From Deinococcus sp. (GTDB lineage Bacteria > Deinococcota > Deinococci > Deinococcales > Deinococcaceae), in assembly GCA_965261005.1 (NCBI GenBank), contig OZ253376.1, positions 224,001-288,000 on the forward strand: a stretch of DNA of 64,000 nt. Direction: 5' to 3'. Below, in pieces: positions 1 to 13,027 of the stretch. The notes below the pieces were generated by a model. That model saw nothing but the letters and a program-made list of their open reading frames with translations, did not search any database and was not told the DNA's origin. Every line of letters begins with the position of its first letter. Position 1 is the first letter of the stretch. The translations under genes and the position numbers were made by a program.

Positions 1-242
1 GTGCGTCGGCGCCGCCCATGATCCTCCTGCGTCTCTGCCAGCAGGCCCAGCGTGGTCAGTCGTTGCGGCTCGGCGTAGAGCTGAGAGCGCGGGAAGGTCC
101 AAAAGTAGCCCACAGATTCATCGGCCCAGCGCTTGAGGTCGTAAGACGTCCCGGGACCGTGCTGGCCCAGCAGTCCCAGCACGATGTAGGCCGAGGGGCC
201 AAGGGCGGTTTCTGGAGCGGCGTCGGCACTTGTACTCGTCAC
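1..242 (-). CDS. PadR-family transcriptional regulator (runs off window start)
   Basis: Not in ORF track. Manual translation from GTG at 242 gives ...SAYIVLGLLGQHGPGTSYDLKRWADESVGYFWTFPRSQLYAEPQRLTTLGLL..., a PadR wHTH pattern. It is preceded by TATACT-N6, a leaderless -10. Confidence 0.85.
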   Translation of the reverse strand, partial: MTSTSADAAPETALGPSAYIVLGLLGQHGPGTSYDLKRWADESVGYFWTFPRSQLYAEPQRLTTLGLLAETQEDHGRRRR

Positions 243-322
243 ACCTACAGTATATGCTTGGCTCAGACCATTCAAGTCGGACCATCTAAGTGAAACGGTG
301 AGTATGATTGAGGAGGATGGCT

Positions 323-500
323 ATGGACGTACCCCTGATCCGGCAAGCTGGCGAAATCGAGGGTGACTTCGTCGTGTTTATGATCGGCATGCGGATCAAT
401 ATCCTCTGGAAGGTGGGTACCTGGCTGCCCGTCGTGCGGGCCATGCCGAGGATGCTCCGCGAACTGGCCCGGCATCCCGAGTGGGCGTGTGTCAACATGC
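323..500 (+). pseudogene. Truncated DUF4188-like protein
   Basis: [54 protein letters not shown] resembles the DUF4188 N-terminus, with GAGGAGG RBS upstream. Resemblance ends after about 55 codons. Confidence 0.6.
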
Positions 501-681
501 CCGCCCACCGACTGCGGCAGGGCGGACCTCGCATCAGTGGGGCAGTGCAGAAGTGGGTGGTGTCGTCTGAAACAACATGCCGTGGACTGAACAGAGTCGC
601 ATTCCTAAAAGTCCACCCGACGCACCCAACCAGCCTCGGCATGGATATGGATTGGCCTCAGCAGAGAGGAAGAAGACAGCT

Positions 682-1650
682 ATGGAAACCATGCAAGCAG
701 CTCAATTTGATAGGTATGGTCCGCCAGAGGTGCTGAAGATTAACACGGTGTCCCGGCCCGTTCCGCGGCCAGGAGAGGTTCTGGTGCAGATCCGCGCGGC
801 CAGTGTCAATCCGCACGACGTGATCGTCCGCTCGGGGGGACTGAGGCTGGTGACCGGACGGCGCTTTCCGCTGGGAACCGGGCTGGACTTCGCGGGTGAG
901 ATCGTCGGGCTTGGCGCTGGCGTCACCGGTTTCACGGTGGGCGACCGGGTCTGGGGCATGGTCTCGGCGCAACGGTCCCATACCACCGGCAGCGCGGCTG
1001 AATTCGTTGTCTTGCCGGTCGACCGGATTGCGGCCCTTCCTCCAGGCCTGGACTTCGTAGAAGCCGCCGCGCTGGTCGTGGTGGGAACCACCGCGCTCAG
1101 AGGACTGCGCGACGCCTGCGACCTTCGGGCTGGGGAGCGGGTGCTGATTCGTGGTGCCGCTGGCGGTGTCGGCACCCTGGCCGTGCAACTCGCGCGGTCG
1201 CTGGGCGCCCACGTGACCACACTGTCCAGCGCCCGCGACCTGGACTTCGTGCGATCGCTCGGGGCAGATCAGACGCTCGACTACCAGACGACCACGGCTG
1301 AAAAGCTTCCCGCCTTCGACGTGGTGTTCGACGCGGTGGGCACGGATCTCGAACGGTTCCGGCGACGGCTTGCGCCGGGCGGACGGATGGTGACCGTGGC
1401 CTTCGGGTCTCCAGCGGCGTTTCGAGCGATCGTGGTTTCGACAGTCTTCGGGCTGCGCCGCATCCGGTCGTTCAGCGGCGATCCCAAACATGACCTCTTG
1501 ACCGACCTCGCCGGGTACGTGGTGGCGGGCGCAATTCGACCGGTCATCGACCGCGTTTATAAGCTGGACGACATCGTCGGCGCGCACCGGTCACAAGAGG
1601 CTGGAGGTCGACATGGAAAGCGGGTCCTCAGCCTTGCCCACGGAAGGTGA
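682..1650 (+). CDS. NAD(P)-dependent MDR/quinone oxidoreductase (zinc-type ADH-like)
   Basis: [31 protein letters not shown] and GAAGGVG nucleotide-binding motif. Confidence 0.9.
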   Translation: METMQAAQFDRYGPPEVLKINTVSRPVPRPGEVLVQIRAASVNPHDVIVRSGGLRLVTGRRFPLGTGLDFAGEIVGLGAGVTGFTVGDRVWGMVSAQRSHTTGSAAEFVVLPVDRIAALPPGLDFVEAAALVVVGTTALRGLRDACDLRAGERVLIRGAAGGVGTLAVQLARSLGAHVTTLSSARDLDFVRSLGADQTLDYQTTTAEKLPAFDVVFDAVGTDLERFRRRLAPGGRMVTVAFGSPAAFRAIVVSTVFGLRRIRSFSGDPKHDLLTDLAGYVVAGAIRPVIDRVYKLDDIVGAHRSQEAGGRHGKRVLSLAHGR

Positions 1651-1660
1651 GTGGGGAGTG

Positions 1661-2784
<1,124 letters not shown>

Positions 2785-3007
2785 GGTCTGGAGGTCAACA
2801 ATTATCACGTCACAACGTGGACTGTTCGACTGCCGAGTGGACGCGTTAAGCCTGCTGACGTTGAGGGCGGACTACCCCGTCTTCGAGGAGGCTATGCGCG
2901 CAGCGAGGCGCCCAGCGCCCACCAATCTCTTTTCGGCGGCGGAAAGCCTTACGAGTGATAACAAGTGAGGGTCTTGTAAGAGCGTGAGGTTCATCATGCC
3001 TTCGGTC

Positions 3008-3424
3008 ATGCCGACATCACTCAAGCGCCTCCTCTTCCTGCTCGCGCTGCCCTCCAGCGCCCTCGCTGCCCCCGTCACGCCCATCGACTGCGTCGCGCTG
3101 ATGGGCGTCCCGGAACCCGGCTTCTACCGCGACAGCTGTACCTTCGACTTCGCCCGGCCGGACCACCCAAGCCAGGTGATCGTGCGCGCCTCTGTTCAAG
3201 GCCAGTTGGTCAAGCGCTGGTCGCCGTCAAGTTATGCCCTCAGCCGGCAAGGCGGCGTCACCTTCAGCCTGACCCCCCTCAACCACACGTTGGCCGGGCG
3301 GCGCGTCAAGCGGGACGCCCGCGTGGACCTGCGCATATGGCTGGTCTTCGCGAACGGCGCACGGCGCGAGTTCGTGGACGATGGGGCGACGGTCGTCGAA
3401 TACCTGCCACAAGGCCAAAGGTGA
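3008..3424 (+). CDS. Hypothetical exported protein
   Basis: MPTSLKRLLFLLALPSSALA-A looks like a Sec signal peptide. The start could alternatively be 2996. Confidence 0.65.
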   Translation: MPTSLKRLLFLLALPSSALAAPVTPIDCVALMGVPEPGFYRDSCTFDFARPDHPSQVIVRASVQGQLVKRWSPSSYALSRQGGVTFSLTPLNHTLAGRRVKRDARVDLRIWLVFANGARREFVDDGATVVEYLPQGQR

Positions 3425-3484
3425 CGAGAACTGAGCACACAAAAAAGCGCGCGGACCCGAAGTCCACGCGCCCAAGTGCCTTGC

Positions 3485-3625
3485 CTACATCGTGCCGAAG
3501 TTGGCCGGCAGGTGCGAGGCCGCCGGCACATCGCCGCGCTGCGAGGGCGGCTGCGGCAGGCGGACCTCCTGTCGCGGCGCCCGCCGATCGCGCTCCCCAG
3601 CGGGACGGGGCGCGGGCAAGGTCAT
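3485..3625 (-). CDS. Small ORF (46 aa) ending ANFGTM, translationally coupled to upstream peptide gene
   Basis: Its ATG overlaps the upstream TGA (TGATG). Translation is MTLPAPRPAGERDRRAPRQEVRLPQPPSQRGDVPAASHLPANFGTM*. Confidence 0.45.
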   Translation of the reverse strand: MTLPAPRPAGERDRRAPRQEVRLPQPPSQRGDVPAASHLPANFGTM

Positions 3626-3774
3626 CACATGCTCCCGAAGTCGCGCGCGCTGCCCTGCGGCTTGACCTTCATGATCCCGAAATCAGAGGCGCTCCCGGCC
3701 GAGGCCAGACCTGCCACGCCCAACACGACGCTCAACATCACGGCTACCAACTTGACCCCGCTCGGCTTTTTCAT
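3625..3774 (-). CDS. Small secreted peptide precursor (49 aa) with two GSAxDFGxM repeats
   Basis: MKKPSGVKLVAVMLSVVLGVAGLASA-GSASDFGIMKVKPQGSARDFGSM* has a basic N-region, hydrophobic core and ASA cleavage site. A leaderless -10 TAGATT-N6-ATG precedes it. Confidence 0.75.
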   Translation of the reverse strand: MKKPSGVKLVAVMLSVVLGVAGLASAGSASDFGIMKVKPQGSARDFGSM

Positions 3775-3791
3775 AGTGCTAATCTAAGGGT

Positions 3792-3794
<3 letters not shown>
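3772..3794. promoter_or_regulatory. Bidirectional leaderless promoter with overlapping -10 boxes
   Basis: Plus strand: TAATCT(3780-85)-AAGGGT-ATG(3792). Minus strand: TAGATT(3786-81)-AGCACT-ATG(3774). Confidence 0.7.
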
Positions 3795-5696
<1,902 letters not shown>

Positions 5697-5710
5697 ATAT
5701 CGGGCGGTTG

Positions 5711-7086
5711 TTGAAAGCCGGACGAAAGTCAGAGGCGGCTAAAAAGAGCGTCCGCGAGGGTGTCGAAGTCGAAGGGGTGTTGGGATCGGCCGTTGTATTG
5801 CTTGATGCATAAAGCGGCGGCGAGCTGTTGCAAACCGGCAAGCACGACCTTCTTGCCCGGTGGCCTGTTCTTGTGCGGTACATACCCGCCCAGATGCGCC
5901 AGCAGCTGGACCTGAGCCGAGTCCAAGGTCTCGCCCAGCGCAAAGACGAACGACGCGGCAATCCAAGCGAAGTCGAGCAGCCGGACTTGTTCCCAACGGC
6001 TCGGGACGCCCCGACGCCATCCAAGGGCGTCCTTGGTCCACGAGAATACGTCCTCCACGCTCCAGCGGCGTAGGTACAGGCGGACAATCTGCCCAGCCTG
6101 TCCTGGGCCGTCCGTCGACAAGTTGGTCAGCAGCAGCCAGCCCTGCTGATCGGCGTCGCCACGCGGCACGTTGAAGTCGAGCTTGACCACGTTCACCCGA
6201 ATGCGCCCGTCGTCCAGATAGACTTCGCGGGCACGGACCTGAGCCGGGGTGAGCTTCCACCTGGCCTTGCCCGGCTTGCCGCTGGGGCGGCGCATCTCGA
6301 AACGCTCCAGCACCACCTCGCTCTGCACGGCGTTCTGCAAGAACAGGTCGGCCGAGGTCGGTTGGAGACGAGATTTGCGCTTGATGTGTTGGGCGCGAAT
6401 GACGAAGCCGCAGTTGAGCTGTGTCAGCAGCTTGATGAGCTTGAGGTCATCAAAGCCACGGTCGAGCACGAAGATCAGTCGTCCTACCCCTACCCGGCGC
6501 AGCGCGGCCACGATGGCCCGGATGGCGGCGTGGACCTGAGCGTTCTCACTCCGAAAGCCACTCGCCAGCGGACTGTAGGTGGTGTGGTAGAGCAAGGCCC
6601 GCGTGCCGTCGCCGGCCAAGCCGATGGCGTTCAGAGTGGGATATCCGGAGACCGGATCGCCGTCCAGCGCCCGCACGGTAGCGAGGTATTCGAGCTGCTG
6701 GCTGTGCGGCTTGCGCAAGTCCGAGCCGTCTTTCCCCCCGATCACCTCAGCCTGAGCGGCCAGGCGTTGCGCCCCCTGTTCGGTCAGACGCGCGCCGAGA
6801 ACATCGGCCTGCACGTTGGCGCGTTGGTTGTCGCCCGCCACCAAACGGCGTAAGCGGCGCTCGGCGTGCGGGACGTGGCTGGTCTGGGGGGCGGCGCGCA
6901 CGATCTTGCGCACTCGGGTCGAACCGCTGGCCAGGATGCCGCTCAGCGCTGCCTCGAATCCTGCGAAGAGCCGGGCGTCCTGAAACAAGTCGCGGTAGCC
7001 CTGCGCCATACGGCGCACCAACCCCGCCTCTATCTCGCAAACACTCATCCTTCTGTATACCGCCCTGACTTTTGTCCGGCTTTCAA
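5711..7086 (-). mobile_element. DDE (IS4-like) insertion sequence with TIRs and 6-bp target duplication
   Basis: TIRs TTGAAAGCCGGACGAAAGTCAG (5711) and CTGACTTTTGTCCGGCTTTCAA (7065-7086), one mismatch. CGGTTG flanks both sides (5705-10 and 7087-92). Confidence 0.9.
5729..7048 (-). CDS. DDE transposase (possibly inactive; carries a 24-bp in-frame insert)
   Basis: DGSDLRKP, FVLDRGFDD, LLLTNL and YLRRWSVEDVF motifs. Confidence 0.85.
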   Translation of the reverse strand: MSVCEIEAGLVRRMAQGYRDLFQDARLFAGFEAALSGILASGSTRVRKIVRAAPQTSHVPHAERRLRRLVAGDNQRANVQADVLGARLTEQGAQRLAAQAEVIGGKDGSDLRKPHSQQLEYLATVRALDGDPVSGYPTLNAIGLAGDGTRALLYHTTYSPLASGFRSENAQVHAAIRAIVAALRRVGVGRLIFVLDRGFDDLKLIKLLTQLNCGFVIRAQHIKRKSRLQPTSADLFLQNAVQSEVVLERFEMRRPSGKPGKARWKLTPAQVRAREVYLDDGRIRVNVVKLDFNVPRGDADQQGWLLLTNLSTDGPGQAGQIVRLYLRRWSVEDVFSWTKDALGWRRGVPSRWEQVRLLDFAWIAASFVFALGETLDSAQVQLLAHLGGYVPHKNRPPGKKVVLAGLQQLAAALCIKQYNGRSQHPFDFDTLADALFSRL

Positions 7087-7236
7087 CGGTTGCAGTTGAC
7101 TTCCGCTGCATACCGGGGTATGCTGAAGATACAGGCGGCCGAAAGGCCGCATTTTTTGGTTCTGGAGCCGCGTTCTGCGAACATTTTCCTCACACAGGGC
7201 GGCCCATCGGGTATCCTGTCTCCAGGAGGCGCGGCC

Positions 7237-9320
7237 ATGATGGAGTACCGGCGCAGGGCGAGCAGCAGGACGCTTCTGCGTGGCCTACCGTCTACATTCC
7301 TGACCCGACGCCCGCCCAGCGTGCCGAGTAGGTCCTGCTCGCCCTCTCCCACCGCGACCCCGCCGCGTACCGGGAACAGCTGGTCCTGTTCGAGCGCAAC
7401 CCCGAGGCGGTGCTGTCGCAGGCCAAGGCCGGTCACGAGCGTGAAGCGCTGCGCGAGGTCTACCAAAGCGAATTGAAGCAGGAAGTCCAGCGCCTTGCCT
7501 GGGAACGTGAAGCTCCCCAGCGCGAAAAGCAGGCCAGGCGCGCAGCCCAGCAGAAGCAGCTTCAAGAGAACCGGCAAGCCAAGCTGACCGCCACGCGAGA
7601 GCGCCGGCAAGGGGAGCGGCAAGAGAACGAGGCGAAGAGGCCGCAGGTCAAGGCAGAGCGCGCCAAGCAACGCGCTTCACAGCAGCCCACCCGAAGCCCC
7701 GCCAAGCTCGCCCAGCAGCTCTTGCCCTTCCTGGAAGCACCACCCGCCGGCACTTGGAGCGGGCACAGACCTTTCTCAACTACTCCACCCCTCAGACTCG
7801 CGCCGAGGTGCTGAAGCTGGTCGTCCAGCGCCACCCCTTGCAGGTAGATCAACTGCTGTACGGCTTGCCGACAAGAGAGGTCGAAGCCTTATTGCGCCTC
7901 ATCACGCGGGCCAAGCAGGACTTAGGGCTGCTGCCGGTAGTTGAACAGCCCAAAGCAATTCAGGCGACGCTGACCTTCGCGGTCTTTCGCCCAACTCAGG
8001 CCAAGGTGCCGGATCAACCGGGGCCCGAGGCGGTGAGTGCGGCCGTCTCTCAGCTGGTCCAACTGTCGCAGCTGGGCGGGGCGAGCGGCGGGGCCATCAC
8101 CGCTCAGCTGCACGGCCTGTCGCCCGCCGTCCGGTCGGCCGTTCTCCGACAACTCCAGCACGCCCACCCGCAGACCTGGGCCAAGCTCAAGCTCCTCTTG
8201 GGCAGCCTTGACCCACAGGACGCCAGCGCCAAGCTCAGCCCCTACGACTATGCCGAGCGGCTGTGCGGGCTGCTGGACCATCCCAGTCCTGAGCATGATG
8301 TCCGTACCCTGGTCGAGACAGCCCAGCGTCACGGCAAGGTTGGCCAGGTCGCGGACGCCTATCGCCGGATGTTCGGTCAAGACCTCGCCGAAGCGCTCGG
8401 ATCGCACCTCAACACATCCGGCACCCGGCAACACGTCTTCGCCCTTCTTCAGCTGAACAAACCGCCTCAAACCACGCCCGCACAGCAAGCGGTTGACATC
8501 CTGCGCTTGGTCGCCTCCGTCCCCGAAGCCCTGGCGGGCAGCTTGGTGCCGCAGCCCAATCCGTTCGGCTTGCAGCGCCACTTCCAGCGCGACATGATCG
8601 TGCGCTCGCTGATCGCGCAAGTCGGCTTCGATCTCCTTCAGCAGGCGTACCTGAGCGTTACCAAGCGCGACCTGCTCACCGACTTCGACCGCGAATGCCG
8701 CGACGCACCAGATTTCCCGTTGCCCGGACTGGGTGAGGCGACCTTGACCCGCCACGTCTTTTTTGAGCAAGTGGTCAAGCGCATGGCGTACATGAACGAC
8801 GCGGATCTGGCTCAGGTGAATCTGGACCGGCAGGGGCCGTTCACCTCGGGCCGTCCAGCCGGGTTGAGGGCGGCCCCGCTCGAATCGCAGCTCGAACCGG
8901 CCAAGCTGTTGCACATCTTCGGCTACGGCCGTACTGAGGTGCTGCACGGCAAGTGGGGCGTGTAGCTGCTGATCGTTCACCCTGAAGACAAGCGTCAGCC
9001 GGCCATCATCGCGTTCCGGGGAACGGAAGGGGTCTCCTTCGATTTCGGGGATTACGCCTCCGAGTCCGCGCTCGACACGCAGATGGGCGACTTCAACAAG
9101 GCCCCGGTCGGCTACCTGATGGTCGCGCAGAACAAAGCCCTGATCGACCGCGCGTTCACGCTGGCGGTCGGAAGCAGCTCTGCGGGGGTGACGGTGCTGG
9201 GGCACTCCTTGGCCGGGCCGATGGCCCAGCTCAGCGCGTTACAGCACAAAGACGTGGTCCGCGAGTGCGTCACCTTCGACGCGCCAGGAATCGAGGCGGC
9301 CGACGCCAGAAAGCTCGAAG
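7237..9320 (+). pseudogene. Large protein pseudogene with annexin-like helical repeats and C-terminal class-3 lipase domain, truncated by IS
   Basis: TATCCT and AGGAGG lie upstream. There are frameshifts near 7.3-7.8 kb and an in-frame TAG at 8963. The frame continues IIAFRGTE...VLGHSLAG...VTFDAPG and ends at the IS TIR at 9321. Confidence 0.7.
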
Positions 9321-10469
9321 CTTCAGTACCGGACAACTTCAAATCGAGTGTGTCCAGGCGAGGATTTCACGCATAGCTAAGGTGAGTCTATGCAAGACGA
9401 CAAGAGCGGCATTCTGGGGTTGTGACCCCTCCAGAAACCGCTCTGCCTGATCTTACCAGCCTGCCTGAAGTCTTGAAGCGCCACCTGCCCTTTTTGCGGA
9501 TCGACACCCTCAAGCGGGTGGCCGATGTCGTCTGCGCGCTGATCCAAGCCCAATCGACAAGGCAGACCTGCCTTGCTCCACATCTTCCCGGTCTCGCTTC
9601 CTTTGAGGCCAAGAAACGCCGCGTCGAACGCTGCTTTCAAGATGGGCAGCTCGATGGCAACGCCTTCGCGCGTGTCCTGATCGCCCTGTTGCCCCCTGGC
9701 AAGCTCACCTGAATCTGCTGGTTCTGGGTGTGGTCCTCGAAGGCTTCACGCTGCCCCTGGTCTGGGTCGCCCTTCCACATGGCGGCAGCAGCAACACGGC
9801 CGCGCGTGAACGTCTGGTCGCTCGACTGCTCAAGCTCCTCCCCGCCAAGCGCTGGAAGGTCTTGGTCGCCGACCGTGAGTTTCTGGGTGGGGACTGGTTC
9901 TCGTTTCTGCGAAAACGCCGTGTCAAGCGCTGTATCCGTATTCGACTCGACACATGGGTGGACGGACAGCGCGTCTCCGAGGCGTTTCAGCACGTTCAAG
10001 CTGGGCAGGTGGTGGGCTTGCTCGACAAGGCCAGCGTCATGCAGGTCGTCGTCACCAGGGACCGGGACGGTGGACTGTTCGTGCTCGCCACCGATCTGCT
10101 TATCGCTGACACCCGCGCCGTCTACCGGCTGCGTTTCTCCATCGAGTGTAGCTTCAGCGCGATGAAGACCAGGGGCTTCGGATTGGAGGAGAGCCACATG
10201 ACCAAGGCTGACCGTTTGGAGCGGCTGTTCGGTCTACTGACCTTGGCCTTCACCTGCTGCTTGAGGGTCGGGGCGTGGCGCCATGCTCAAGATCCCATTC
10301 CAGTCAAGAAACACGGTCGGCGCGCCGTGAGCATGGTGCGCTACGGCTGGGAACTGCTCGCGCCTGCCCTGCGCTGGAACCCCCTCGACTGTGCCGCCTA
10401 CTTCGCTCTCCTTCATCAGCCTTTCCTCGCGCTAGGTGCACCTTGAACACGAGTTGTCCGGTACTGAAG
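9321..10469 (+). mobile_element. IS4-family insertion sequence, transposase pseudogene
   Basis: Inverted repeats CTTCAGTACCGGACAACT and AGTTGTCCGGTACTGAAG. The ORF is broken at about 9712 (the LDRTNW segment seen in the neighbouring IS is absent). ADREF and YRLRFSIECSFSAMKTRGF motifs are present. Confidence 0.9.
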
Positions 10470-10497
10470 GGGCGTTCTTACATAAGAACGCCCCTTC
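10468..10497. repeat. Perfect hairpin between two IS elements
   Basis: AAGGGGCGTTCTTA-CA-TAAGAACGCCCCTT. Confidence 0.6.
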
Positions 10498-10499
10498 TA

Positions 10500-11696
10500 C
10501 CTGACTACCCCTCAAAACGCAGAGCGAGTCGAGCGAGATATTTCCAGTTGTCTGGGGAGGGGTGAAGCAGAAGGTCTTGGAGGGTGTCGAGGCCGAGGCG
10601 GAAGACGCTGACTTGGGCGTAGCCGTGGGCTTTGCGCTTGATCTTATGCTGAGCCGCTTGGAATTCACCCGTGAGGCAGGCCCAGACAAAAGCGAGCGAC
10701 ACGACCACCAGCAGCGTGGAGACGCGCTCAGCCCGAGTGAGGCCAGTGTCTTCGAGGTTGAAGCCTCTGGTTTTGAGCGCGGCGTGCAGGTTCTCGCACT
10801 GCCATCTCAGCGCGTAGCGGCGTAGGTTCTGGCCGGACCAGCCCTTGTACGCCAAGTACGTGGCAAGACGGAGCAGGACGGCCTGCTCCTCGACTTGATG
10901 GATACGACGTGTCTCTACAACCTTGGTAGAGCATCTCGCCGGCAGCGTTCTTGGTCGCCAGCACGCGTAGCTTGACGCCGTAGACGGTGACGGCCTTGTG
11001 CCAGAAGCGCACCTCACCGACATGGAGCTTGCGAAAGCAGGCCCAGACGGGGATGCCGTTCATCTTCGAGTTGGCGCGCAGTCGGATACAGGGGGCGATC
11101 TGGTGCTGAGCGAGAAAAGAGAACCACGTCTTTCCGACGAACTCGCGGTCGGCCAGCAGTCCGGAGACGCGCCGATTACCAGCAACAGCCAGAACACGGG
11201 AAAGCAACTGCTGACGGTCGCGCTGGGCGCTGGCACCGCCATGTGGGAGCAGGGTCCACATCAGCGGGAAGCTGAACGACTTCCAAGTGGCGCTGAGCAG
11301 CAGGACGTTCACGTCGCTTTTGCCGAGCTTCCAATTGGTGCGGTCCAAGATCAGCCACAGATCGCCAGGGGGAAGCAGCTTCAACACAAAGCGAGTAAAG
11401 AGGCCGTCTGGAACGACGAACTGGACAAAGCGCAGCAGACGCTGGTAACGCATCTCGCGGCTACCGGGAACTGGACATGGTTCTTGAGGCTGTAGAGCAC
11501 CACGCTACGCGCTTGCAGCACGGCCAGCACCAAGGCTGCCAGCACACAGAGACGGCGGGCGTCCAGAGGAAAGGCGGACTGAAGCGCGGCTTGCAGGGTA
11601 TCGTGGGGTGGTCGGCTCCTGGTGTTCTTCATTCCAGAAAACATCGTACTGGAGCCGGCTTCCTGCTGTCTCCATCAGTTTTGAGGGGTAGTCAGG
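10500..11696 (-). mobile_element. IS4-family insertion sequence, frameshifted transposase
   Basis: TIRs CCTGACTACCCCTCAAAAC and GTTTTGAGGGGTAGTCAGG. Motifs LDRTNWKLG, ADREF and YALRWQCENLHAALKTRGF are spread over three ORF fragments. Confidence 0.9.
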
Positions 11697-11775
11697 GTTG
11701 AAGCATGGCGACCCCCAAGCCCAGGGCGCCCACGCCGAGTTTCAGTCCCCTGTCGCTCGGGGAAGTGGTTGAAGC
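11697..11775 (-). CRISPR. Remnant CRISPR array 1 (one full repeat, one 34-bp spacer, 8 bp of second repeat)
   Basis: The repeat at 11739-11775 is the reverse complement of the array-2 repeat with one mismatch. GTTGAAGC at 11697-11704 abuts the IS end. Confidence 0.85.
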
Positions 11776-11995
11776 AGCTTATTTCACGTCGCTCAGCCGT
11801 TGGTGCTCCCGGTTGTCATGCGGCGCGCAGTGCGGTGACCACGACACCCAGCATAACGCACCAGCCGACTTCGGCAGTGGCGTTCACCATTTGCGGGCCG
11901 CTTCCAGCACTGTTTTTGCTTCACACAATATGTTCAGGACGCAGCCGCCCTGGACAGCCCCAGAAAACGTGTTTTGCACGCCTCGCAAATCGGCG
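11776..11995 (-). promoter_or_regulatory. CRISPR leader of array 1
   Basis: Shares ATTTGCGRGGCGTGC, CCGCAAA, GCCGCATGACAAC and GAAATAAGC blocks with the region upstream of array 2. Confidence 0.75.
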
Positions 11996-12026
11996 GCCAT
12001 TCGGAGCAGCCCAGGCTCTTGCGGCG

Positions 12027-12156
12027 TCATACGGGATGGCTTTGATTCCAATCTATGCTGGAAAAGTGCCAACATAGATTTCCATCGTCGCCATCCCGTA
12101 CTCTCTTCTACTCGCTCCGCTCGGATTCGTCTTCGACTCATCTTAAGTTCGTATCA
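12027..12156. repeat. Deinococcus-type small non-coding repeat (nested hairpin)
   Basis: Stem TACGGGATGGC/GCCATCCCGTA. The tail CTCGGATTCGTCTTCGACTCATCTTAAGTTCGTATCA is identical to 45901-45937 and overlaps the cas4 stop. Confidence 0.75.
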
Positions 12157-12738
12157 CAGGGTGTCCCCGCAGAAGTTCCGCAGCTCGCATTCCAGACACT
12201 TGACCGGCTGGGACGTGGGTGGCGGGCAGCGCCCAGCTAGGATGAAGCCGCGCACCGTCTCGATGGCCGCCCGCGTGCGGTTTCTCAGCCGGGTGTCGAA
12301 GGGGATGATGTGGGTCTGGCGGGTGCGGCTGCTGTGCCAGTACCCGTGCGGGCAGGTGAGCTTCAGTTCGGTTTCCACCAGCAGGGCGTAGGCGCACAGT
12401 TGCAGCTTGTGGCCGGGGTCGGGTGGGCGCGGGGTGTGCTTGAACTCCACTGGAAAGGCCCGCGTGCCGTCCGTGATAAGGAGGTCCAGCTCGCCGGTCA
12501 GGCCGAGCGCGGGGCTGGTCAGGCGCAGGTCGTAGCGGCGCTCACCCTCGGCCAAGTCATAACGGCTGAGGGTGCGCCGCCTCTCGCGCAGCAGTTCGGT
12601 TTGGTGCTTTTCGCGCCCGTGCGTCATCAACACGGTCTCGCGCCGCCGGACGGGCGTACAGCGCTCAAAGAAGATCACGCGGGGGCAGTAGTGGTGCTGC
12701 CGCAGTTCGGTGGGCGTGATAAGCAGCGGTTCAGTCAT
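12154..12738 (-). CDS. cas4: CRISPR-associated exonuclease Cas4
   Basis: YCPR, GELDL, PVEFK, QLCAY and C-terminal CxxCxxxxxC 4Fe-4S ligands. Confidence 0.95.
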   Translation of the reverse strand: MTEPLLITPTELRQHHYCPRVIFFERCTPVRRRETVLMTHGREKHQTELLRERRRTLSRYDLAEGERRYDLRLTSPALGLTGELDLLITDGTRAFPVEFKHTPRPPDPGHKLQLCAYALLVETELKLTCPHGYWHSSRTRQTHIIPFDTRLRNRTRAAIETVRGFILAGRCPPPTSQPVKCLECELRNFCGDTL

Positions 12739-13024
12739 CTTCCGCCTCCTGATGCAGGATGGTGGCGCCCTCGATCTGCGACTGTTCGAGCTGGAGGACG
12801 GCGATCAGGCCGGGGCTGTTCCCCATCGCCTGTTCCAGCCGCGTCTCCAGCTCGCGCCGGGCCGCGCCCGTCAGCCGCCCTTGGTAGGCGCTGTACTGCC
12901 AGCGGGCCAGGCCGTAGTCTTTGCAGGCGTTCATCACCCGTGCGCGGCGTTTGTCGTCCCGCACGTCGTACAGCACCAGGGTGGGCTGTCCGGCCTTGCG
13001 GGGATCTTGCAGCAGCTTCGGCAT
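12731..13024 (-). CDS. cas2: CRISPR-associated endonuclease Cas2
   Basis: LVLYDVRDDKRRARVMNACKDYG...QYSAY. Confidence 0.95.
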   Translation of the reverse strand: MPKLLQDPRKAGQPTLVLYDVRDDKRRARVMNACKDYGLARWQYSAYQGRLTGAARRELETRLEQAMGNSPGLIAVLQLEQSQIEGATILHQEAEDD

Positions 13025-13027
13025 GGG

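Noticed and set aside
2790..2968. Possible 3' remnant of a gene beside the IS
   Set aside because: No recognisable family or start signal.
3476..3787. 103-aa plus-strand ORF upstream of the TPR regulator
   Set aside because: It is the antisense shadow of the peptide genes, which have the promoter and signal peptide.
5711..11696. IS cluster beside the cas genes as a CRISPR-associated transposon
   Set aside because: These are ordinary, mostly broken IS4-like elements; no TnsB/C/TniQ is seen and Cas3 is intact.
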